Shown: in pieces, positions 26,447-33,660 of the stretch
Layout: every line of letters starts with the position of its first letter
Numbering within the stretch: position 1 is the stretch's first letter
Source: an uncultured Clostridia bacterium
GTDB lineage: Bacteria > Bacillota > Clostridia > Christensenellales > UBA1242
Direction: 5' to 3'
Length of the DNA: 64,000 nucleotides
Assembly: GCA_944360075.1 (NCBI GenBank)
Contig: CALVTE010000002.1
Location: 14,638 to 78,637 of the forward strand
Translations under genes and position numbers: made by a program
Notes under the pieces: generated by a model
The model's input: only the letters and a program-made list of their open reading frames with translations
Database searches by the model: none
Told to the model about the DNA's origin: nothing

Positions 26447-27522
26447 CTATTTCTCTTTTCGGATTGTTTTTCTTTTTTCTGTTCTTCTTTAAGTCGTTTT
26501 TGCTGCAGTTTTTTCTCTTTATTTGCCTTTGCAGCCGCCTTTTTTGCCTCATGTTTTTCTCTGTTAAACAAAGGCTTTATTTTTTTAGATTTTGACTTTT
26601 CTTTTTTGGTTCTCTCTTTTTTAGGCTTGCGTTTAAGTTTTTTGAATTTGACAATCTTGGTGGCTTTCTTTGGAATTGAGCCGTCGTCTGGAAGTGAAGT
26701 TTTCAAGTTGTCAGGATTTTTGATGTAGTCAGAAAATAGCCTTAAACTTTTGCCCATATAAAGCCCGTCAGCAACCCTTTCGTCAAGGCTGAGCCCCAAA
26801 GTGAGCATTTTTGCAATGGTGAGTTCTTTGTTGTTTTCAACATAAGGCTCAACTCTCTCTTTGCCCATGGCAATAAATATGGTGGTTGTTCCAAAATTAT
26901 AAAGATGATGAAAAATGTAGTTAAGTTTGATTGACTTTAAGTTTGTGAGAAAGCAGCTTGTGTGAAATGGGCTTGCTTTGATAAGAGCTTTTGGAAGCAT
27001 GCCATGCCTATCAAGAAAGCGCACAAAAGCCATTGCCCATCGAAACATAAAATCTGGCAAATGAGTAAGCTTTCCAGCTGCCTTTGTTGTTGTGTGCACT
27101 TCGTCTTCTTTCAGATTTTTGGCAATTTCGTCATCAATAATTTTTTTGACTTCTTCAATGCTTTCTCTGCCGCTGAACATCATTTTAAGAGTCACCTGCT
27201 CGCCATCGTCTTCAAGTTTTTTCTTGATGTCCATTGAAACAGAAATGGTGTTGCGTTGATAGATTGAGCCGCGCATAATAAACCTGTTCAGCTTTTTTCT
27301 GACATACAAAATTCTGACAATGGCAGCAATCACAATGTGCATATAGTTGTAAGAGATGCCATTTTTGCGCTCTCTTGCAATAAATTCATCAATGCTGTCG
27401 CACTTAAGCTTGACTGTTGTGTAGTTGACAGCATCAATTCGCTGTGGCATAAAAAATGGCTCAGCCTTATCAATTATGCCCATTCCTTTTACTTTTTTTC
27501 CGTCACTTCTAAAACCAAACAT
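26431..27522 (-). CDS. 2-oxoacid dehydrogenase E2 / CAT-fold acyltransferase-like protein with lysine-rich tail
   Basis: 363 aa. The E2 catalytic-domain-like block SLDERVADGLYMGKSL aligns to the DHRxxDG motif, with His replaced by Glu. No lipoyl or E3-binding domains. About 85 aa of K/E-rich tail. Confidence 0.55.
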   Translation of the reverse strand: MFGFRSDGKKVKGMGIIDKAEPFFMPQRIDAVNYTTVKLKCDSIDEFIARERKNGISYNYMHIVIAAIVRILYVRKKLNRFIMRGSIYQRNTISVSMDIKKKLEDDGEQVTLKMMFSGRESIEEVKKIIDDEIAKNLKEDEVHTTTKAAGKLTHLPDFMFRWAMAFVRFLDRHGMLPKALIKASPFHTSCFLTNLKSIKLNYIFHHLYNFGTTTIFIAMGKERVEPYVENNKELTIAKMLTLGLSLDERVADGLYMGKSLRLFSDYIKNPDNLKTSLPDDGSIPKKATKIVKFKKLKRKPKKERTKKEKSKSKKIKPLFNREKHEAKKAAAKANKEKKLQQKRLKEEQKKEKQSEKRNRKESI

Positions 27523-27529
27523 AACTCAC

Positions 27530-28807
27530 CTATTTCTCTCTAAATTTTTTTCTTACCAAATTTTTTTCTCGACCATTCTGGCTTGGGTTGTAATACACCC
27601 TGTCTTTCAAAGCATCTGGCATATATTGCTGTTTGACATATCCGCCATAATCATGCGGATATTTATATTTGCCATGCCCGTCAGCATTGGTTGATGGGTG
27701 ATTTTTCAAATGATTTGGCACTTTGTTGTCGTTGCAAGAAAGAGCGTCTTCTTTTGCAAGAGCCATTGCTTTGACAACAGAGTTTGATTTTTCAGCCTCG
27801 CAGACATAAATTATGGCGTGCGAAAGCGGAATCAAGCCCTCTGGCGCTCCCATTTTTTCCACAGCATACATAGCGCTCGTTGCCAGTAGAAGCGCATTTG
27901 AGTCAGCCATGCCCACATCTTCAGAAGCATGAGCAACAAGACGCCTTGCAATAATCATAGGGTCACAACCGGCTTCTATCAGCCTCTGGCTGTAAAATAG
28001 TGCGGCCTCGGTGTCGCATCCACGCAGCGATTTGCAGAAGGCTGACAGAACATCGTAATATACATTTTCGTCAAGGCTCAACGCCTTTCTGTCGGTGGAT
28101 TGTTCGGCAATTTTTTTGTCAATATGTATGATTTTATCTTTGCTGGCTGGCGTTGTCATCACGGCAAGTTCCAAACTGTTAAGAGCATTTCTTAAATCCC
28201 CGCTGCTTGCATAGGCGATATATTTAAAAGCCTCTTCTTCTACCAAAACATTCAACTTGCCAAGCCCTTTTTCTTTGTCTTCAACCGCTCTTTTCAAAGC
28301 AGAGATGATTTCTTTGTCTGAGATTGGCTTAAACTCAAAAATGCGGCATCTTGACACAATCGCACGCGTCATTGAAGTGTATGGGTTTTCAGTGGTTGTG
28401 CCGATAAGATAGATATCTCCGTTTTCAATCGCTTCAAGCACACAATCTGATTGTGCTTTGTTCCACCTGTGGCATTCATCCAAAATCAAAAAGGTGTCTT
28501 TGCCCAGCATTGCCTTGTCAGTTCTTGCCCGCTCGATAACTGCTTTGGCATCACTAACTCCGCTTGTCACAGCGTTGAGTTTGACATAGTTTGCTCGCAA
28601 AGTTTTTGCGATGATATTGCCAAGAGTTGTTTTGCCAGTGCCTGGTGGGCCATAAAAGATGCAGCTGCCAAGTGTGCCATATTTGATTGCTCGATAAAGC
28701 AGAGTGTTTTTTCCAATAATATGTTGCTGTCCGACAAATTCTTCAAAACAAGTCGGCCTCATTCTTTCAGCGAGCGGTATTCTTGTTTCCATAGCCACAT
28801 TATACAC
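27530..28807 (-). CDS. rarA: replication-associated recombination protein A (RarA/MgsA AAA+ ATPase)
   Basis: 425 aa. Walker A GPPGTGKTTL, Walker B FLILDECHRWNK, and the MgsA C-terminal block (YDVLSAFCKSLRGCD, HLKNHP ... YKYPHDY). Confidence 0.9.
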   Translation of the reverse strand: MYNVAMETRIPLAERMRPTCFEEFVGQQHIIGKNTLLYRAIKYGTLGSCIFYGPPGTGKTTLGNIIAKTLRANYVKLNAVTSGVSDAKAVIERARTDKAMLGKDTFLILDECHRWNKAQSDCVLEAIENGDIYLIGTTTENPYTSMTRAIVSRCRIFEFKPISDKEIISALKRAVEDKEKGLGKLNVLVEEEAFKYIAYASSGDLRNALNSLELAVMTTPASKDKIIHIDKKIAEQSTDRKALSLDENVYYDVLSAFCKSLRGCDTEAALFYSQRLIEAGCDPMIIARRLVAHASEDVGMADSNALLLATSAMYAVEKMGAPEGLIPLSHAIIYVCEAEKSNSVVKAMALAKEDALSCNDNKVPNHLKNHPSTNADGHGKYKYPHDYGGYVKQQYMPDALKDRVYYNPSQNGREKNLVRKKFREK

Positions 28808-28809
28808 AC

Positions 28810-30033
28810 TTATCTGTCAAAAGACAAGTAGATTTCATTGTTTTTTTTGAAAATTTCTTTTGTAAGCAAAAAAAAGTTGAAATACTTGGTGTTGTCAGCA
28901 AACATATACCTTGCTCCATTATGAACAATAAAAATCCGTTTCCACCTTTGATTTCGGTATAAACAGACCTCTTTAAGCCCCTTAAAATTTTCGTTGATTT
29001 GCTCGCCATTTTCAAATTTTTTAAGCACAGAATTTTTGATTTTTAGATAGGAATTTTCACTTTCTTCATCGTGTTCATTTTTTTGCCATTTTTCCCAGAT
29101 TTTTCTTGGCAAAGAGCGATTGAAAGTCTCGTCAAAATCACTGTTTTTTGTTTTGAGCTGCAAATCAAAAATTTCAAACATCTTTTGCTGACTTAAATTG
29201 AAAAATTCGTTCATATCAAGAGAAGAATGAAAGCAATATTTTTTGTCTCCAAAATTGAAATATATTTTTCTTTGTTCTTTTGGAAGAAGTTTGAGCTCCA
29301 CTTCAAAATTTATGCAAGCAAAAGATGAAAACTCAAGGCCGTCAACGTTGGCAAAATTGAACCTTGCGTTGCGACAGAAAAAGTTGAAAAAGGCTCTGTC
29401 TTTGCTGGTGAGATTTTTGATTTCAACATAGTCTTTTTGTCTGTTGAAAAAGTAATAGCCTCTAGGCAAAGGCAAATTTAGTTCCACCCTCACGCTCTGG
29501 CAAGTTTTTTCTATATTAGTCAGCGAAATGAGAAAATTTTTGCCGTTACACAAAAATTCTTTTATATCAACAACAATCCCCTTCTCACAAAATTTTTTGT
29601 GCAGATAATATGGAGAAAAAGATAGCTCGACCTGCTTTCCGTTTATCGCCAAAAACTCATCATTATATTTCACTTTATAGTTTGAGAAGGCGGGATAATT
29701 TATATTCAAGGCGTCCAAAGAGTAATAAAAATTCTGCCCCATTTCTTCTGGCAATATGACAAACACATTTTTCAAAGATTTGATTTTTTTTGCTCCCACA
29801 CAAGGCTTTTTGGTCAAAATCAAGTTGAACTGGGCTCTTTTTTGCGCTTTTTTGAAGGCTTTAAAAAAGATTTGTGTCAGTGGCTTTTTAAAAATAAAAA
29901 CAGGCAAAGTGGTGTTGATGCCAACAATATTCAAAATCTCATAGTCAACTTCTTTGTTCAAATTTGGTGCGTGATACTTTATTTTGTTAAAAATAAGCTC
30001 TTCCAATTTTGATATATACTCTTTTTTTGTCAT
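28810..30033 (-). CDS. hypothetical protein (orphan), translationally adjacent to rarA
   Basis: 407 aa, Asn/Lys/Phe-rich, no motif recognised. Its stop lies 2 nt before the rarA start. No Shine-Dalgarno and no clear promoter between it and the rnpB terminator. Confidence 0.5.
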   Translation of the reverse strand: MTKKEYISKLEELIFNKIKYHAPNLNKEVDYEILNIVGINTTLPVFIFKKPLTQIFFKAFKKAQKRAQFNLILTKKPCVGAKKIKSLKNVFVILPEEMGQNFYYSLDALNINYPAFSNYKVKYNDEFLAINGKQVELSFSPYYLHKKFCEKGIVVDIKEFLCNGKNFLISLTNIEKTCQSVRVELNLPLPRGYYFFNRQKDYVEIKNLTSKDRAFFNFFCRNARFNFANVDGLEFSSFACINFEVELKLLPKEQRKIYFNFGDKKYCFHSSLDMNEFFNLSQQKMFEIFDLQLKTKNSDFDETFNRSLPRKIWEKWQKNEHDEESENSYLKIKNSVLKKFENGEQINENFKGLKEVCLYRNQRWKRIFIVHNGARYMFADNTKYFNFFLLTKEIFKKNNEIYLSFDR

Positions 30034-30067
30034 AGTTTTCTTATTGCCCTAAAAAAACTTTCTAAAC

Positions 30068-30088
30068 AAAAAAAGTGGCAAATGCCAC
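30068..30088 (-). terminator. intrinsic terminator after rnpB
   Basis: Minus strand GTGGC-attt-GCCAC followed by TTTTTTTG. Confidence 0.7.
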
Positions 30089-30090
30089 AA

Positions 30091-30413
30091 GTCAGTTATG
30101 CTGTAAGCCGAGTTCTGTATTTGACAATCATCTATCTAGTTTTGCAGTTGCCTGCAAAATCAAGCGGTCTAAAAGGGCGTGAGAGAACGCACATTTGCCC
30201 TTCAGCCTTGCATCAGGTGGGGTTTACAGAGCAAAAACTATCTCTAGTTTTCCGGTGGTCTCTTACACCACCTTTCCATCCTTACCAAAGTTTTGGCGGT
30301 TTATTTCTGTTGCACTTTCCTTAGGGTCGCCCCCACAGGCCGTTAGCCTGCACCATGTTCTCTGGATGCTCGGACTTTCCTCATCTTGCGATGCGATTGT
30401 CTGCATAACTGAC
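30091..30413 (-). ncRNA. rnpB: RNase P RNA (type A-like, compact, about 323 nt)
   Basis: Minus strand GAGGAAAGTCCGAGC (P4 5' strand), GTAAGAGACCACC, GTAAACCCCACC and ACAGAACTCGGCTTACAG (P4 3' strand). P1 pairing of GTCAGTTATGC (30403-30413) with GCATAACTGAC (30091-30101). Confidence 0.9.
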
Positions 30414-30419
30414 ACGAAT

Positions 30420-30448
30420 ATTATACAAAACAATTCAAGAATTGTCAA
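30420..30448 (-). promoter_or_regulatory. sigma-A-type promoter of rnpB
   Basis: Minus strand TTGACA-17 nt-TATAAT, exact. The predicted start falls at about 30413, the first P1 nucleotide. Confidence 0.7.
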
Positions 30449-30467
30449 TATTTTAAAAAAATTGCTC

Positions 30468-30496
30468 TTGACAAATCAGAAAAATTGTGCTAACAT
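30468..30496 (+). promoter_or_regulatory. promoter of the two-gene orphan cassette (extended -10)
   Basis: Plus strand TTGACA-17 nt-(TGc)TAACAT. The -10 ends 1 nt before the first ATG of the ORF, so translation must start at ATG 30503 or 30509. Confidence 0.55.
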
Positions 30497-30913
30497 ATGG
30501 GTATGAAAATGATAGAGAGAAGTTTCAACAAAAATAGCTCAAAGGTTGCAAAGCCAATGTTAATTGCTCATACGGATGAATTTAAGGCCTTGGTTGAAGG
30601 CAAGCCGAAAAACCTGAGGCAGATTTCAAACGCTTTGCAAGAGCTTATACGCAACGGCGTGGTGGTTGGTGTTGTTGACATTGCAAACATCATAAAGCAT
30701 TTTCATGCAGCAAATCCAGAATTTGACACCTCCGAATTCAAAAGAATGCTTATTGAAAAGTTGAAAACCACCGACGAATACTTTGTAAGCATTGTGACTG
30801 ACATGATAAACAAAGAAGATGACCTTAAAAACGCCTTCACAAACGAAGAACTTATTGAAATCGAAACCGTGTTGTTAGGTTTTAAGAGCTCAGTCAACCA
30901 AGAACACATATAA
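30497..30913 (+). CDS. hypothetical protein (orphan cassette gene 1)
   Basis: 138-aa ORF with no recognised motif and no SD. The probable real start is ATG 30503 (leaderless) or 30509 (MIERSFNKN...). Confidence 0.5.
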   Translation: MGMKMIERSFNKNSSKVAKPMLIAHTDEFKALVEGKPKNLRQISNALQELIRNGVVVGVVDIANIIKHFHAANPEFDTSEFKRMLIEKLKTTDEYFVSIVTDMINKEDDLKNAFTNEELIEIETVLLGFKSSVNQEHI

Positions 30914-30938
30914 TATAGCATAAGGAGTGTTTGGCAGC

Positions 30939-31361
30939 ATGATAGAACGCATCAATAACAAAGATATATCTAATAAATTTCTTCTGCATTATTTAAAGTG
31001 CGCTGCTGTTATGTCGCAATATGAAATAAACGATTTGATGAGTTTTATGAAATCGAATAAAAAATTATTCGAAGATGCACATTTTTCTAAGTTTTTGTAT
31101 TTTCAAATAATTTTGAAGAATAGAGGCCTTTGTTTTGATAAAAAGTTTCTCGACAACATGGCTGTAGGCGCCTTAAACTCTCTATACAAATTTTTACTGG
31201 GCAAAAATAAAGCTTTGACACAAAAAGATGACAATTATTATTGCAAAAACTTTGAATTGTTTGAAAGATTGTCGGACAATATCGACGTCAAAATTCTGCA
31301 AAAAATCAAATATGTGCCAAAACTAGACCACTGGAAAGAGCTTGAAATGCTAGAGGCTTAA
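30939..31361 (+). CDS. hypothetical protein (orphan cassette gene 2)
   Basis: 140 aa from ATG at 30939, with AAGGAG 11 nt upstream. Starts MIERINNKD. No recognised motif. The ORF-track GTG at 30927 overlaps the RBS. Confidence 0.5.
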   Translation: MIERINNKDISNKFLLHYLKCAAVMSQYEINDLMSFMKSNKKLFEDAHFSKFLYFQIILKNRGLCFDKKFLDNMAVGALNSLYKFLLGKNKALTQKDDNYYCKNFELFERLSDNIDVKILQKIKYVPKLDHWKELEMLEA

Positions 31362-31371
31362 CAACCTAAAG

Positions 31372-31397
31372 AAAAACACCCGTTTGGGTGTTTTTTT
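31372..31397. terminator. bidirectional intrinsic terminator
   Basis: AAAAACACCC-gttt-GGGTGTTTTTTT between the convergent cassette and the DAC-like gene. Confidence 0.75.
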
Positions 31398-32766
31398 AGC
31401 CAACTGTAAACAAAGTTTTGATTTTTCCATTTTTTCTGTCGCTATATAGCGCTGTTAAATTGCCGTCCTGCGAAATTTTTATCGCAATGCCATATTTTGC
31501 CAGCGTTTGAGCAGCAGCCAATCTTCCGCCCCCTTCACTGCCCGCTTCGATTTTGATTATAGCGCCGATAGCGATAACGTTTCCATCGCTGTCAAGCACA
31601 GTTGCTCCATCCATGCTGACAAGTTCTTGGCGAAGTTTGCGGCTCAAATCTTGAAAAGGCCTGTCCGCAATGATTTTCCGTAGTGCCAAAGCTTTATAGC
31701 ACTTTTCTTGTTGAAGAAAAACTCGGTAAGGCACTTTGTAGGTCTTTTCGGTGGAAGCAAGGCGCTGAAAGTTATAGAGTTTGTTTGCCTCTTCAAGTTC
31801 TTGCTCTTTTTTCATCTCAAAGTATTTTTCCATTATAATATCATGTGCATCGATGTGGGTTAAGGCCTGCTCAACCGAGTCTTTGTTGAGATAAACAAGG
31901 CACCCGCCCGAATAAGAGAAAGAGGTGTCAAGCGCTGTGAAATATATTGAGCGTCTGATATCCTTAAGCGAGTATGTGCCGCGGCTGAGAAGAAGTTGGA
32001 TGACTTCGTCATGCGAAAAAACATTCCAGCGGCCATTTCGTTTGGCAAACAGCAAAGTTCTGTTTTTGAAAATTAAAAAATCACCATATGAGGTCAAAAC
32101 AAGACCAATCCTTTTGTCGTTGCAATATTTGGCAATAGCTTCATATTTGTATGGCGAAACTGAAGGAGCACCTTTGCGTGAAAGAATTTGCACGTAGCCA
32201 TTGAGTATTCCATTTTTGTCAAATTCAACGGCCGAATATTCACCGTCTGTCAAAAGAGCATAAAAATCTTTGTCCATCACGTCGGTGTAGGAAATTCCAC
32301 CTTCTTCTTGAGAAAGATCCATAGAAAGATTAAGCACTGTGCAAATTGATATTTTTTTGCCCTCATAAGTGCGAGAAGACCACCTGTCAAGCTCGGAAAG
32401 AATGCCAAGCATCACAGAGACTGTTTCTTCGTTGTCACACAAACTGCGGCAGATTGACTTTTCAATGGCGTGAGATTGCAGGTTTACAACATAGTTTGCA
32501 TCATTTAAGTTAAGTTCTGAAATAGTGTTGATTTCAGAAAGAATTGATTTGAGCAAGGCAATTTCAAAATTTTGGAAAGCTTGTCCACGTTTCAAAACAA
32601 GACGATATTCATCCTGTTTTGAAGGCTTAAGCAAAAGTGAATTTTTTTTGCCGATAGCCACTTCGCTATCTCGAGATGAAGATTCAGCTTCTCCATCAAT
32701 ATATGAACCTGTAAACAGAGGCAAAACAAGTTTCTGCAAGATATTATAGAATTCAGCTTTTTCCAT
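31396..32766 (-). CDS. divergent tandem DAC (DisA_N, diadenylate-cyclase-fold)-like protein
   Basis: 456 aa from ATG at 32766, with AGGAGG 7 nt upstream. C-terminal module: GGCLVYL ... SMDGATVLDSDGNVIAIGAII ... GGGRLAAAQTLAKYGIAIKISQDGNLT, matching the DAC landmark order GALIVI / DGA / GTRHRAA / VSEETG. A second degenerate copy lies upstream: ISICTVL ... LTDGEYSAVEFDKNGILNGYVQI ... YKYEAIAKYCNDKRIGLVLTSYGDF. Confidence 0.55.
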   Translation of the reverse strand: MEKAEFYNILQKLVLPLFTGSYIDGEAESSSRDSEVAIGKKNSLLLKPSKQDEYRLVLKRGQAFQNFEIALLKSILSEINTISELNLNDANYVVNLQSHAIEKSICRSLCDNEETVSVMLGILSELDRWSSRTYEGKKISICTVLNLSMDLSQEEGGISYTDVMDKDFYALLTDGEYSAVEFDKNGILNGYVQILSRKGAPSVSPYKYEAIAKYCNDKRIGLVLTSYGDFLIFKNRTLLFAKRNGRWNVFSHDEVIQLLLSRGTYSLKDIRRSIYFTALDTSFSYSGGCLVYLNKDSVEQALTHIDAHDIIMEKYFEMKKEQELEEANKLYNFQRLASTEKTYKVPYRVFLQQEKCYKALALRKIIADRPFQDLSRKLRQELVSMDGATVLDSDGNVIAIGAIIKIEAGSEGGGRLAAAQTLAKYGIAIKISQDGNLTALYSDRKNGKIKTLFTVG

Positions 32767-32785
32767 CTTTTGCCTCCTTTTTTTC

Positions 32786-32815
32786 ATTATAATTCAATTT
32801 TTTTGTTTTTTTCAA
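32786..32815 (-). promoter_or_regulatory. possible sigma-A-type promoter of the DAC-like gene
   Basis: Minus strand TTGAAA-18 nt-TATAAT in the 77-nt gap after sigK. The -10 overlaps the upstream in-frame ATG at 32787, which argues for the 32766 start. Confidence 0.4.
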
Positions 32816-32843
32816 GCAAAATAACACAATTTTCTCAAATTAT

Positions 32844-33545
32844 TTAATATTTTTCTTCATTTGGCAATTTGTTTCGAATGATTGCCAAGGCTTTTGTTTC
32901 AATTCGAGACACGTAAGAGCGAGAAATTCCAAGTTTGTCAGCAACTTCTTTTTGGGTTAAAGATTTGTTGCCGTCAAGCCCGAATCTGAGAATAACCACC
33001 GCCCTTTCTCTCGGCGAAAGATTGTTGTCTAAAATTTTGTGGACATCTGACATAAACAAATTTCTTTCCACCGAATCGATAACATCTTCGCAATTTGGGT
33101 CGCAAATCACTTCAAAAAGTTCAAGTTCGTCACCCTTGCCATTGTTTGGAACGGTTGTGTGATAAGATATGGTACAGTTATGCTTTTTGCTTGCCCTTAT
33201 GGCCATCAAAATTTCGTTTTCAATGCATCGCGAGGCGTAGGTGCCAAGTTGTGCATTTTTTTCTGGTTTGAAAGTGTCGATGGCTTTTATCAGTCCAATC
33301 GTGCCAATAGAAATCATATCGTCCACTTCCAAACTGCCCGAAAATTTTTTGACAATATGGCTGACCAGCCTTAGATTATGCGTGATAAGTTTTTCGCGAG
33401 CGTCTTTGTCACCTTTGGCCAAAAGTTGCAACAGCTGCTGCTCTTCTTCTTTTGATAAGGGCTTTGGAAACCCTTGAACGCTACCCACAAAATAGGTAAA
33501 GTTGGAAATTTTTCCAACTATAGTAAGCAAACTTTCATAAAACAT
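32844..33545 (-). CDS. sigK: sporulation sigma factor, pro-sigma-K type
   Basis: 233 aa. FPKPLSKEEE, NLRLVSHIVKKF, ISIGTIGLIKAI, YASRCIENEILM and GISRSYVSRIE match SigK better than SigE (which has LPPPLS, VYIARKF, ISQSYISRLE). Short hydrophobic pro-sequence. Uninterrupted. Confidence 0.75.
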   Translation of the reverse strand: MFYESLLTIVGKISNFTYFVGSVQGFPKPLSKEEEQQLLQLLAKGDKDAREKLITHNLRLVSHIVKKFSGSLEVDDMISIGTIGLIKAIDTFKPEKNAQLGTYASRCIENEILMAIRASKKHNCTISYHTTVPNNGKGDELELFEVICDPNCEDVIDSVERNLFMSDVHKILDNNLSPRERAVVILRFGLDGNKSLTQKEVADKLGISRSYVSRIETKALAIIRNKLPNEEKY

Positions 33546-33619
33546 ATTTCCCTCTCAATTTCTAGTAAGAATATATGTTGAAATATGTCGAATTTTGCTT
33601 GTCTAATCAAAAATTGACA

Positions 33620-33645
33620 AAGAAAAACACAACCATATGGTTGCG
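33620..33645 (-). terminator. intrinsic terminator after ftsY
   Basis: Minus strand CAACC-atat-GGTTG followed by TGTTTTTCTTT. Confidence 0.5.
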
Positions 33646-33660
33646 TTTTGTAAAACTATA

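Noticed and set aside
27530-28807. An AAA+ ATPase, considered as a possible defence-system component together with the adjacent orphan.
   Set aside because: It is full-length RarA/MgsA, with Walker A, Walker B and the MgsA C-terminal domain. That makes it a housekeeping replication-recombination factor. Only the orphan neighbour remains of interest.
30082-30506. ORFs of 80, 103 and 61 aa over 30082-30506.
   Set aside because: They lie mostly within the RNase P RNA gene and its promoter region. The conserved P4 and P1 elements explain this sequence.
30503-30950. The shared MIER-xxN-K N-termini of the two cassette proteins, considered as evidence that they are paralogues.
   Set aside because: I see no similarity beyond the first 8 residues, so it may be chance. 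It is kept only as a remark under the cassette finding.
32844-33545. Searched sigK for a skin-like intervening element or a truncated half-gene.
   Set aside because: All sigma regions (2.x, 3, 4.2) are contiguous in one ORF, and no recombinase is nearby.
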